Position numbers and translations under genes: made by a program. The notes beneath the pieces were generated by a model that saw nothing but the letters and a program-made list of their open reading frames with translations, ran no database searches and was not told where the DNA came from. Of a DNA stretch of 64,000 nucleotides, positions 25,901 to 39,527 are shown piece by piece. Position 1 is the stretch's first letter; every line of letters begins with the position of its first letter. The stretch is from Balanoglossus misakiensis (Eukaryota; Animalia; Hemichordata): NCBI GenBank assembly GCA_040954595.2, contig CM082581.2, forward strand, positions 13,961,921 to 14,025,920. Direction: 5' to 3'.

Positions 25901-28900
25901 TGCCAGGTCAGTAACAGTACTTTTATACTTTGTATCGGATTTTCAAAAAGTGCCAGTGGATTTCACTATTGCTATTGATACAGAATGGAGAATGTGAACT
26001 CACTTCCAAGTGTAACAGGACAGAGTTCCATCATTAGCTCCACAGGTGACAACATACATAGCATCTGCTGAGAAAACCACCGAACCCACACCACCTTGAC
26101 GGAAACTGTGCGCTTTGATGCTCACTGCTTTGTCCTGTGTTTGTTTTTAGAAAAGGAAATGTCAAATCATGATCAGTTAAAGTCTTGGTCATAACAAGCA
26201 TGTCAAAAGATTCACAAAGGTTAAGACGAATGTCTACAATGGTAAATAACTGATACAGTAACTGTAGTCTGTTGGAGATTTTTAGAAACACATTTCAAAA
26301 TCAAACTGGCCAAATAAACACAGACTTACCAAATCCTCCATTGATCTGACATGAACTTGACCATCAGGAGCACAAGTTGCCAGCCATTTTTGGTGTGGTG
26401 AGAGGATGACCTTACCACCTGGCAAGTCGTGACCCGGGAATTCAGCCAATGGCTGCAGATATGATGCCTTGTTGTTTTCCTGTTTGGGAGAAAATTTGCA
26501 TGGACTCTTAGCATCACAAATATTGAAAGATTCATACCCTCTTTTGGGGGTATAGGGTGTGGTGGAGTTCAGGAGAATAGTTTGAGGGACTGGGATTGAG
26601 GTGCTTTTGGTGGGGGTAGATTTGGGGGGGGGGGGGGGTGAGTGATGAGAGGTCAGTGCACTCACCAACACACAACAAGCCAAAATTGTCAAAATGATTT
26701 TTTGTGTGTGGGGATATTCACTCATGAGTGTAGGTGAGGTATGAGGGCTAACGGCAATCTTCACACCATTGTTGGTCACCCTTGATTGTTTTCTTTACTC
26801 ACCACCAATGAGGACATAGAGACAGACAGAGCAACAGATGGGGTGGGGCTCTCCATCTATGGGTAGCAAAATCAAAATCACAGCCACAGAATTCAAATCA
26901 GGATCAAATCAGATCAATTGATTCAGATCAAATCAACAACGGTAGAAAATGGAACATGATTTCAAAGAAGCCAGGGAATTTGCAAACCAGGGCTAGGGGC
27001 TTGAGCGATGCAACACAAACTCAAAACTGGTTTGAAGTGGGAGAGCTTTGGGGGTCTGGACCTGACGGAAATAAACAGGGTTTATATTATCGAAAAAAAA
27101 TTGAACCCAAAAATTCTCAGAAAACCAACATGCAAAACTTGCCATCACATGCATCAGCAAGCAAGGTTTCTATGCAACTCAGTTACACTCTATATAGCGA
27201 AGTTCATGCAACAAAACGCTTGGGTTTAATGGTCAGTAGATTTTGGTTTGGGTTTGTTTAGTCTTTTTATTCCTTTTTACCCCATTCATTTCATCAGGAT
27301 CATCTTCTCCGTCACTTTCTACGTGCTATGGAAAAATCAATTATTACCATAAAACAACATTCTTTTATTTTAAAAGGACCAATATGAAAATGCAACTGTT
27401 TCTGGTGCAGCAAGACCCCTGAATGGTGCAGTTTATTTTATGAGAAAAATATTAACTGTGAGTTTGGACGACTATTAAAGATGTATTGTCACAAGTTGAT
27501 CTGGACTACCTATGGGTCAATGGTGAGTACATACTCCACACTGTCCAATGTATACATTTGTGCTATATCATGATACTGGAGATTGTTCTAAAAATCAGAT
27601 CATGTTCAACTTGGTAAACAGCTGTATTCATGTGAAACTGCATCCTTGATATCAAAGACTTCAAGCAATGTCTTGCGTGTGGGGTAAGGTCACGTGACAA
27701 TACATCTTTAATATTGAGTCTTCATAAAAATTAGTCGTTTGAGGAAGGTGAGAGTTGACACTGGAATAGAGCACATACCTTGGCTTTGGATTTGGGTTTG
27801 GATTTGGAAGTGGACTGATAAAAGCAAAGCACAACGGTTAAACAAAACAAAAAAACAAGAGATGAAAATAACAGCATGGGAATGAAGGCATGGGAGTGGA
27901 TGGGGGGGGGGGGGAGAAGCTGTTTATCTGAAGTTCCTTTAATAACACAGGAACACTGAACAGATTCTTGGGAATGATAACATCTGTAGGGGGACTTATC
28001 TTTCAGATGCAAATGCTACTTCTCTTGTAAGCTAAGAAACTTTGCCATCATGCACATTTTTTAAATTCAAAACGTTGGTGAAAAATTCCAACATTAATAA
28101 AACTAAACTATCTATCCTCTCTAACTTATAACCTGAGAACATTTACTGTCATGCATATTTTATGAATCTAATCAATTGTAGCAAAATTCCACCTTGAGCA
28201 CTTAACCTATCTATACTCTTTCAACTTATGGTCTGAAATTATTTACGTTTTAACATGCATATTTTTGTGGATCATAAGGATGCTATTGAAAATTCCACTG
28301 TAGATGCTTAGCTACCATTTACTTTTAAGTTTACCGGTATGTAGAAATTTATTAATTTAACTGAATTGCATGCAAACTAATCAACTGAAATGAACACTAT
28401 AAATGCCTGCCTTATCTGTTCTAGTTGTGCTAACTTCTTCTGGTTCATCTCCTTCCTTTCTCAAGAAAAAGATATTATTACAGGAGCATAAAATAAAAGG
28501 CATGGCCTTGTAATGAAATTGCTTGATTCAAAGTAGACATCATAAAATAAATTAAATTACATTCAAACATCTCATTTTGTTTCTTAACTTTTATGTTTGA
28601 AGAAAATTCTGCTTTCTTTTGACTGCTTTTCATGATTTACAAGTATGTTACTTTCAGTATCTGTTCTAAACATTACATTCTTGTCCTGTCATTTTTTGTT
28701 TTCACTCTCTTTCACTGACTAATATATCCAGTACCTTCAATTCAAAATTCTTAAAAATATACAATCCTAATGAGGGAAAATAACTACTAGAGGAATAAAA
28801 TGCAAAAATTTGACAACACACACAGCACGCCAAAAAAAATATTAGATGTGTGAGACACAGCAAATAGTGAGCATGAACATGGTGGTGTGTTAGTGATGCA

Positions 28901-31900
28901 GCAATTTGACACCCAGGTTAATGTCAGCATGTATTAGTACACCCAGAAGAAAAGTGCGTTAGGAAATCCAAGATGCATGTGTCTTGATTTGTCGTTTTTG
29001 TTTTGTTTTGCTTTGTTTTGTACTAGAGTGTGGCCCTCTAACACTGAAAACAAAACATTGGTTAATACTGGGTACACTGAGTGGATACTGCTAATTCTAC
29101 CAGAAGCTGGAGTCCATCAGATTCCGCTCAGCAAATCAGATGTTGTTTCAAAATGTTTTGACTTAGAAATATTTTAGCTGTAGAATATATCATTTCTCCT
29201 ATGAAACACATACAATAACCCAAAATACACAAAGCACAGAATACCACACGGTCACATTAACCTTTCCACCGCCAACATCATCAGCGCTTTTAGAATAATG
29301 TCTGAAATTCTCTACTTAGTGCACTCAAGGATTAAAAAAATGTTACAATATGAGTTGACTGATGCCATAAAATGCCTGTGGAGTTCGTATGCTATTTTAG
29401 CTTGTTTGATACAATCCCAACAACTTGCTGGTTTTGATAAAGACACACACTGTGCTGTATATAATCTTTTTTAAACATGAACGTAACAGTCAAATGTTAT
29501 TCTTGTAAGCTACAAGTACACAAATCTAACTGGAGTTGGGATCTCGTTTGGCTAAAATAGCATGGTGTTAACTCGACCCTTTGAACCTGCCTCAGAAAGA
29601 GATTTGTCTGAATGATAACATACATATAAATAATGAGTACAATGTGAGAAGTTAATAATACAGTTGATGATGATTGATGGCCATGAAAAGGTTAATGGAA
29701 TTACATGCACTGATGACACAAACATTTGAGTCTGAAAGATTTACACCATACCTTTTTGGGTGGCTCGTCTGGCAGCTGGATTTTACAGAGACGTTTGTGG
29801 TTGTATGAGATGGCATAGATGATTTCACCAGGTGCCACAGCGGCGCCGTAAGATGGAACAGCAAAGTTCAAGTTCATCCTGTTGATGAGCTCGTCCTTCA
29901 GGTCACACTTCAGACTGACATGATAGTCACTATTGTAGTCTGTAATGATATCACGATAACATTCCAAGTTTCAGTGTCACTCAGCAAGGTTGTGATTAGA
30001 CTTGATAAGAATACCCTTAATATTGTGATAGTTTTATATGTATTTAGGGATACATGAAAACAAAGAAGACATGACCACACCCCCTTACCTTTGATGAAGT
30101 TTTTCTTCAGATCAAACTGGATAATCTTGTGAGGAGCTGGATTTTTGGAGGCCTCCTTCTGATACAGATTCGATGTGACCACCACTTTGGTGTCGCCATT
30201 TTTGTCCGGAGTGTTGCAAGATATGCTCATAATGAGTCCCTCAATTACTGTGTGTGAACAAACAATGGAGTGTCATGTTGCTGAGAACATTGTATGGTGA
30301 GATGTCAAATATTCATCGATGCAAGAATAGCCATGTTGATATAAAATAATGTACATGTATCTTGTTCATGAAAAATCACAGATGAAAATTCAGTAGAATC
30401 CCTCTCACTTACAGATATGCCCAAGAAACTTAAAATCAACCGATGGCCTTGGATCAATGATGAAGACATGACCATCATCGGAACCAGTCAGCAAGTAGCG
30501 TCCGTACTGTTCAAACACAAGATGCAGCACTGGGGAACGATGCACAGCCAACCGTTGGATGATTCGAGGGTTGTCCACATTGTTAAATTCTATCATGTAC
30601 ACATGACCAGACATGGTACCAACAGCAGCGAGTTTAGAAGACGGGCTGCAGGCAATGGTTGAAGCCTGGATGTGGGAAGATGAAAAGGTCTGTGAGTATG
30701 CTGATTGTTTATCTGTTTCTAAAATGAACTTCAATATGATAAGTTTTCTGACTGACGTTGCCATGTGGGATTGAGAACAATGCATGAGTGAACCAACCAA
30801 TCAGCTGGTCAAACCACTCTCCAATCGTTTTCAGATCAGCTAAAACAAGCCAAATGCTTGTCAACAAAAGATACTCACAGTTTTGGAGATGGTCAGACTG
30901 GAAACTAATTCTGCTTTCTCAAGAGTCCATACCTGTACCTCTCCACTTTGCCTGACAGTCTGTGGATCAGAAATGTTAGGAATTAAAACCCATGATTATA
31001 TCTCTGTCAGTGAATGGTGGTTTCACATTGTACACCAACCTTTCAAACACAGTGATAACCCAGTGTGGGCTTTTCTATAGTATCATCAGAACACTGGGTA
31101 GTGCTTCAGATTTGAGGAAGACATAGTTATGTCTGTCTCCAATTTGTGAGAGTTTGAAAACTCCAAGAGAGATACCTACCACACAGTGTTGTGTTCCTGG
31201 TGACAGGACATCAACTGCAAGATAGTTACCATGGTGATGATCAAACAATTTCTCTGCTGATCCTGGGTTGGAAGGATCATAGATATGAACTGCACCCTGT
31301 AAGATGAAGTGATGGATTCATAACTCACTCATGCATCTTAACATAGATTAAGAATTCTGAACCTGGTTGTCCAGAAGTATGTAGCTGTTTGCTTTCAAAT
31401 CTGCATCCCTGAGAACTATCACATTCACTCAGTATCTACTTGTATCTTTTTGAAAGCCTGTCTGCCTGCAGTATTTGTCTCTGTATGCATCTACCTTCCT
31501 GTTTGTGTCTAACTACCCGCCTGTCTGTTGATATGTTTGTCATGCTCTCTTACCGTTGGACTACCAACAGCTAACTTGCTATAGTTGGATGACCAAGATA
31601 ATGATGTGATCGGTGCCTCTGATGGCCAGCTGTCGTTCAAACTGATCTCATTGTGACCAACTGTCAAACATCGCAGTGTAGCATCCTGAAAACAAACAGA
31701 ATGTGGATGATATTTACTCACAAAAGTCCTGTCAGTATACACACACAACAATCAAAACTTTCCAATGTTTTGGGTGTCCACAAACAGATACACATGAGGT
31801 GTATATGCATGTAACCTCTTTGACTTGAGTTTCCAGACACTGCAGATGAGTTCAAAATGATGTCTTACCTCCCCACCGACAAATAAACCATCCTTCTGCA

Positions 31901-34900
31901 GCGTCATACAAGTCAGAGAACCATCTCGAAGTGTGTTGTTGTACACTGGACTATTTGGCAGCTGGATTTCAGAATCTATCGGTGTTAAGAGTAGGAAGAT
32001 ACAATTTTATCATCTCAGAATAGTCACATTGTGAAGACACTGAACATAGGAAAAATACATGTATGTATTCCTGTTCAGCATTCTGACAAACTAGGAAACA
32101 TATTGTATGTTACCTTCTCTTGTCAACTCTGGGGTATCTGAGCCTTTCACATTATTTGCTGGCAATGTTGGTTTGTAGAGCAACTTGACCGTCTGTGTCT
32201 CTGAATCCACTTGGAAGAGTTGACCACCCTCGCAGCCAAAGTAGATTTCAGACTTTGGGGTCCAACAATGAGATACTGGAACTACACGTTTCTTCAAATC
32301 ATCTTTAATGCCTGAGACAAATCACATGTGATAAACGTTCATCAGAGTCTTGAATAGAGATTTATTTTATCCATTTCTCAGCTACCATCGTTGCCTTAAA
32401 ATTTGTGCATTATAGTTTACAATAATTTGCAATATAACTGAGGAACTCTTAGAATAGAATAGAATACAAAGCGTGAATTTGATACAATATCAGAATGAGG
32501 GAATGCTACAGTAGAATACTAGATCTATATATTATGGCTAGAAACACAACTGAATATGAACATGTTCATACCAGCCAAGTGTTTCACATGAACTTACACA
32601 GTTTTTTTTTTATACAATATATGACGTTATCAGTGGAGTGACCCTTAGTTGGACAACAGTGTGTCCATGGTTTAACCATGTATAATCAATGCCCATGAAC
32701 TGACTGTATTCAGTCTTTCAAATTCAAGTTTACAATTACTTGTCAAGAGGGAATGGGAATCAAGTTTACTGCCAAGTTTCTCAATGAAAATGATTTAACC
32801 TTTATTTAACCGGAACATGACACTGTAGATGTGACTTAATCATGAACATACATGTATGTGGCTAGGTGAACAGATAAACTATGTAGGTCAACTAAAGAGA
32901 TAGGGAGATGGTTTTAAAATTGCTGTCACTAACAGCAATTTGAGTTTTTCATTTTAACATTTTACAAATACATGGAACACACTTTGGCAAGAGAAACACA
33001 CTCACCGACATTGGAGGGTTACAGCAGGGTAACGTAAAGTAAATAAAAAACAATGATTAATCAAAAGTAATCCAAAGAAAAAAGGGAATCACGTCAGGAG
33101 TAAAATAAAAAGATAACCCAAATGTTGTAAAAACTAAATTGCCATAAAGCACACAATACAACCAGCCATTATCATTATACAAGTCACTCAATTAATTATG
33201 AAGTACAATCCCTTACAGGGCACTCAGACTGTTCTTAAAACACTCTAACCATCCCTGGTTGTCTATTAAACAACACCAGTACAAACAATGTGGTGGTTGG
33301 AGTTAACATGGCTCCACCACTTTGTAAAACTTCTAATGGGGTCTGATGATTGATATTATTATTATTGATGTCAGTGTAAAAAAAAAGTTAAATTAGCATA
33401 ATGACAGAGAAAACTTTACTTGTTGTAACCACTCATATTTTCAAACTTTTTTATTGACAACACGAAATAGACAATATTCTTACTTGCTATCTTTCCACCT
33501 CTTACCTTCAAAAGTCTCAGCAAGCTCTCCTACTAGACCAGCTTTGGTGGCCATGTCCACGTTGATACCATAAGTAACTGCTCTTGTTGACATTCTGCTA
33601 CTGGTATCCTCAGCACGGTCATCCACTGAACCATCTTCTGCTGGCAGTTTGACTTTTCTGTCAATCAAAAATTATTGTTTGCATTGATTAAAAAGTAAGA
33701 TTTTTGGTATTAAACACATAGCATAGCTTTGAAATCTCTGCTGAGTATGAATCAAGGAAGAGTAATATCCTTACGTTGACTGAAGTACATATTTCTTGTG
33801 GCTTTGCTCAATACTCCAGAATGTCAGTTGTTGTGGACCAATGACACAAAGTTTATGCCAGTCCATCGGATTGAAGGAGATATCAGTGGCTGCCAAACCA
33901 TCTAGTTCCTTACTGCACAACAGGTCACCACTCTCCCAACTCCTGTTTAATCATAACAAAAAACAATTTAATATTAGTATAAATCTAATATACAAAACTG
34001 TAGTCATATGTTAACTTTTCAGTATTACACATCATAGCTTACCATATTGACAGTTTGAAGTCTGGAAGTCCCGAATAGGAGGCCAAATATCTACCTGAAT
34101 AGGAGAAGGCTAACGCAATATATTCCAACTGTGTTCCATCTGAAATGTGGAAATATTGCAATTAATAATTATGTCAGCATTGTTGTCATACGAAAATCAT
34201 CACTACACATCAAAGTTTGGCATTGTTTTATTTTAAATCACAACAAAACAACTTTATCAGTGGAAACTTTAATTGATGGTTGTGCTTGTAAAGTTTTTGT
34301 AAACCTACTTTCGCAAACTGCTGTCTTGATAAATCCTGGGTAGGCATATATGAATATGCGTGGATTGATGGTCTGTTCAGCAATAGCTACAACATGGTGG
34401 GTGCTACTGACAGCAATTAAGTGGATGCCTCCTCCAGGACATGGATATGCTGTTTCTTTGTTGTCTTCTGTGTTGTAGAAATTGATGTTGCTGCCACATG
34501 CATAGCAGATTGTGTTGTGACTGATGTATTCAGCTTTAGAGCCATTGTAGCCCTGGGCCCACCTAGAAGTTTCAGAGAAAAATAAATTAATGAGTGTCAA
34601 TGCAACCTCATTATGTATTTAGGCATGGGTGTACAATACAATATAAGTACATCTATTATTATTTTAGGGCAAAGAAAGATTTTATTGATTCCACACATGC
34701 AATTTATTACTTATTTCTTTCAAGAATAATATATTTTATTTTGCAAATAATAATAATAATAATCTGCAGCACTTCAAAGTTTCTAAACTGCATTGTACCA
34801 GGACTTATAGGTATACTGAGGTACATTACCATGTAAGTATTCAATTTTACAATATACTGATTGAAAAAATGAAATGTGATCTGCTCAGTTGAAATTAAAA

Positions 34901-35201
34901 ATAACACTTTGAATGTGCCTGGGAAAAAAATTATCCTGAGATATGACAAGCAGATTTTTAGATAAACAGTATGAAATGTGTTTCATGATACAGTTTACAT
35001 GTAATGCAACAGCTACTTGCACCACCATGTACGATCGATCGCATTTCTACATATATATTGTACATGTACAAAACTTCACAGCTAAAATGGCTGCTCTCTA
35101 TGCGATCGGTATACAATATTCAAGTGTTTATGTCAGAATTTGTTGTACTGCAACGATCGTACAGATACTTACGCAAGTTCAAGCGAGCCAATGGCATCCA
35201 T
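19949..35201 (-). CDS. CFAP43: Cilia- and flagella-associated protein 43 (WD40 repeats plus C-terminal coiled coil; multi-exon)
   Basis: Exon 1 35201-35173 ([10 protein letters not shown]), then WAQGY..., WD-repeat exons, [22 protein letters not shown], and C-terminus [33 protein letters not shown]; stop at 19949-19951. Confidence 0.93.
28049..28330. repeat. Degenerate tandem repeat, three units of ~101-104 bp, in CFAP43 intron
   Basis: Units start at 28049, 28150 and 28254, each with CATGCAYATTTT...AAAATTCCA. Units 1 and 2 also share CTATCTAT.CTCT...AACTTAT..CTGA. Confidence 0.6.
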
Positions 35202-35711
35202 GATAAATCTGGCACGAGGCTACTTAATAATTTTCACAAAATGTCCACGTTGTTTTCAGAAAACGACGGGAAAGTTGAAAATGTATAGGTGTTCCATGCA
35301 AGCAAGATTTACGTCTGTTGCTATGGTTGTCATTGCGCGTGCTCCGTTTGACATCTCGTCTAGAATGTCAGATACTGTGAGAAAATGCGAGATCTTTGAC
35401 AGGTCATTCTCCGTTCATGAACTCGTCTGGAAGGGAATTAAATAAATATAGCTACGTTGGTCTTTCCAGTGGAATCAATCACATCTCACATAAGCTTTAT
35501 TTTATTAACTAGCATTAACCCCGAAAATATGTGTAATTCGAAGGAACAACAACGTTGTAGTGGTTACTACGTCCTTATGCAAATTAGCTAAGGTCACCCA
35601 CACGCTCTCCGCGTGTGTGTTCGAATAATGGCGTTGGTACTGTTTGTTGTGTAGTGTCGTCGTCGCCCGTATTTTCGCGTTCTCTCATCGTCACTGACTA
35701 CTAGATTAACG
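35202..35711. promoter_or_regulatory. Bidirectional promoter CFAP43/STARD7 with RFX X-box-like site
   Basis: Divergent ATGs are 510 bp apart. GTTGCTATGGTTGT at 35317-35330 sits about 115 bp from the ciliary gene ATG. Octamer ATGCAAAT at 35577-35584. CpG-rich. Confidence 0.65.
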
Positions 35712-38228
35712 ATGGTGCTCCATATCGTCAGCGGGATGACGCGGAGCGTGATCCTGTCAAACAATGTCCCGAATAACTGCGTTTCTCTCTCAAGAAACAT
35801 GACACGATTTCGCTCGACCTTCTGGGTGCAAGAGAATTTGATGACCTTGCGGGAGATGGTGAAGACTCGAGTTAACTCAAGTTTTAACGCAATTGTGCGA
35901 CTCTTTGGGCTGCAGGTGAATTCTGTCACTGCACAGAGGATTCGCAGGATGGGACAGCTTATCCACATGTATAACACTTACTCAGACAAAAGTGTACAGA
36001 CACTGGCTGCGAACTTTGCTCGTAGGTATTTGAGAGGCAGAAGACGTGGGCTGTATGTGCTCTTTGCTGGTGCCCTTTTCGCCTGGGACAAAAACAGTGT
36101 CACTGAACAAGATCTTGAAAGGTATAAAATGGCAATCGTATTTTAATCAGGCAACAACATATCTTTAACTTGTTTTCAATTATTAGTGCCCAAATGACTA
36201 ACACTGCGACACCGTCATCGTCACGGTCAAGCGTGATGTAAGTAGGATTGCATCACAGTTATGCCTCGTGGAGTTCACTTTGCTTGCCCCTCCCACTTAG
36301 CTACCACTTGACACATGGCACAACATCGCCTGACAAACGATGGACACAACATTTAAGAGTTCTCCCCAGAGGTGTTAAAGAGTAATATTTGGAAAACAAT
36401 AGCAAACTTTAACCTAACAGTTACTTGTGTTGTTATGCAAATTAGCACATTTGGTAAAGGATACTGAACATTACCAAGGTGCGAATATGCAAATAATGAC
36501 TCAAGAACAGAGCAATTTGCGATTTTTGTGTAAGAGAAATCAAGACTATTTTTCTGGTATTGTGATTTCAGCTGTGCTAATGACTTGAATTTAGTAAACA
36601 TGCTACTCCACTCGCACACAACTGTAGACCACAATTCCCATGGAATTTTACACCAGAACAACAACTGTCCTGGTAATGGCCAAGATGTCAATGGCAATTA
36701 TAACAATGGAAATCATGACAGTTCTTTGAATGATAATGAAGATGATGAGCTGATCAACTGGGAACAGCTGATTGATAAGGATCATCTGAAGATGTGGAGG
36801 AAACCAGTGCCTAATAGTCGTCTTTATCAGTACACCGGTAAGAAACGTTGATATCGGTGATCTTCTTACTTCATTACAAAACATGATGCAGATGTGTTTT
36901 GTGATAGCTGAGCATCGTAAGAAAACAACTGAGCATCACACATTGTATGAAGCTGTTGGAACCTACCCTTGTTGACAATTTACATCTCAATTGATTCACA
37001 AGGCTTACAATTGCATCTGTCTTTTCAGTGTACGGTTCATTTGATGACATCAGTGCTAGAGCCTTCTTCCTCGTCCAATTGGATGTGGAGTATCGTAAAG
37101 TATGGGACAAGCTGGTCATCACATTAGATGTAATCGATAAAGATGTAAAAAGTGACTCAGAAGTTGTTCATTGGATAATGCACTACCCGGTAAGTATAAC
37201 CGTCTTATATTTGCTCTAGTGCTAAATACAGCCGTATAAATGTAGCCAGTCAGGAGACTTTTGAACTGTCCTTTATAGACAGGTGACCTCTCTAGACAGT
37301 TTAGTCTGACATGCATTTGAAATGAAGTAAATAAAACAATCTGAAAACCCTACTAAACCTTTTTTATTTATTTCTAGTTTCCCATGTATTCTCGAGAGTA
37401 TGTGTTTGTGCGGCGGCAGAAGATTGACTATAAAAACAATCTAATGATTCTAGTTTCCAAATCAGTCAACCATCCCAAAGTGCCAGAGAACAATTCATAT
37501 GTACGTGTAAACACCTACCACTCACAAATGGTGATCAAACCTTTCAAGAGCTTTGACAAGGTTAGTGCATTTCTTCAGAATATTCTTTTCTACAAAGAGA
37601 CTTTTTTTCAGGATATGAATCCATCATTTACCCTATATGTTAAGAAGTCTTTGTGCCAGCCTTATCTGAGATATAAAAAAATTAATTTCTCTTCAAATAT
37701 AATGTAATTGTATCACTTGTCTTACAGAATGGTTTTGATTATGTGCTGACTTACTATGATGATCCCCAGACTCATTTTCCACGTCGATGTGTCAGCTACT
37801 TGACCAGTGCAGGTAAGCAATCAGGTCAAATTGTCATCGAATTATGTGTCTGTATACATTACTGGAAAACATGGCTGACCTAAACTGGAGGTAAATTCTT
37901 CAAAGTAGAAATGCCTCAAGTTTATGTAGGTCCTAGTTTTGACAAGACATTGACACTGTCTTCAAGGGCTTGTGGTTCCACTTTTAGTTTCACACCTTGG
38001 CTTGACTAGACTAACAAAAAACAATTGATAGACAAATTTGACAATCAGACATAATTTGATAATGTTGCATTTTGTCTTGTAGGTATCCCAGACTTTGTCA
38101 CCAAACTCCACATGGCGGCCAAAGAGATGCAGAGTAACCCCAATGTCAACTACAAGGTCAAGAGTTTACCTGCCACGGATTCTGTCTCTGGGCAAAGTGA
38201 TGGCATCTCAGTCTCCAACATTGTATAA
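35712..38228 (+). CDS. STARD7: StAR-related lipid transfer protein 7 (mitochondrial phosphatidylcholine transfer, START domain)
   Basis: Exons approximately 35712-36121, 36572-36837, 37029-37189, 37378-37560, 37728-37812, 38083-38228. Motifs AQRIRRMGQLIHMY, WRKP, YGSFDDISARAFF.VQLD.EYRK.WDKLV, HYPFPMYSREYVFVRR, DYVLTYYDDPQ. Confidence 0.92.
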
Positions 38229-39527
38229 TATGAAGATAGTGCACAGTTTTATAGAATTTGATACTTTCTATTTCTATGGGTGGATTCCATACATTAGAAA
38301 AGATAAAAACTTATTTGAAGCAGTTTTGATGATCTACGAGCACACAACCCTCCTTGCTCATCTGTGTGCTGATTTTCAAAGATTATGAAGTACTCAAAGA
38401 ATAAAATTATTTTTCTGCATTAAAAATTGAATTTTTCGCATGCAGTCTAAGTGTACTCTGGAAAAAATATAAAGAAACGTTTTGCATATGTTTGAATTTA
38501 ACGATCAACGATCACTGTTGTACTGTGTGGCATTAAGTTTTTGTTATTTGTTTTCACCAAAAGCCTTGAATGATGAAATCAACTTGACAAAATAAAGTCA
38601 GCAAGAATTTTGTGATCAAAACATAATTTTGCTTGTAAATAAAGACAATAATTAGCTTGATTGATGTTTTTGTAGTATGATATTTTGCTGACAATATCCT
38701 GGTATGAATTGTAAATTTCATTAGATCATGTCACTTCTTGCGTTAATTTTGTATACTTCATGTTGAAGAAACATTATTGTAATAGTGTGGTTACATACAT
38801 ACTTGACATGTAATGGGCAATGGACTATGTAAACCACTGTACATTGTAAGTGTAGCCAAATGGGCAGGCAATCTAACCTCAAGAAATCTTTACAACAAGA
38901 GATGTTTTTTCTTTGTCCTGGACCTGAAATATATTGGGAAGAAAAACTCTAAAATAACTGCCTGACTCTTATTGCCAGTATTTGTTTTCAAACAGTCTAG
39001 CCATGGTAAATATCCCCCATTTTGCATATACGTGTGGCTGTTCTATTTTTCGTTTGAGGAGAGTTGATTTGGTGCTGAAATAAAACGAGTGAAACTCGAA
39101 GATTTCTGAGTCTTGTGTTCAGAGATTTTGCGTCGCACAACTTCGAAGAGCAACTTCACAGTGTGCCCTCTATAGCGTCTCTCAAACTTAGACTAGATAT
39201 TTTAGATTCCATCCACACAAATGGCAAATGTCAGTGATCAAAGTGCGCATCAACTTTAAAAAAAGAAAACATTGCACTTTCCAGCAGCTAACTAAATCCT
39301 GGACATGTAAAGTCGCTGTTTTTAAAAACATGTTTTTATGACATCATCTACCATTTCCGATTTCATATTTTAATTAGCAGTAAAAGTTACTCTATTTTGT
39401 TGCATCCAGAAACGCCACGCTAGCTAGCTCTCACGTACGTCGCCGACTTTTGAGCCGGTAATTAATATTGAATGCTGAATAATATCAAATTCATGACGCA
39501 AGTGGTAGCGAAGGATCGTCGTCATTC

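Noticed and set aside
33217-33228. 12-nt micro-exon candidate (cag|TCTGAGTGCCCT|gtaag) in CFAP43
   Set aside because: The intron is phase 1, so inclusion creates an immediate TGA. There is no support beyond splice-like motifs.
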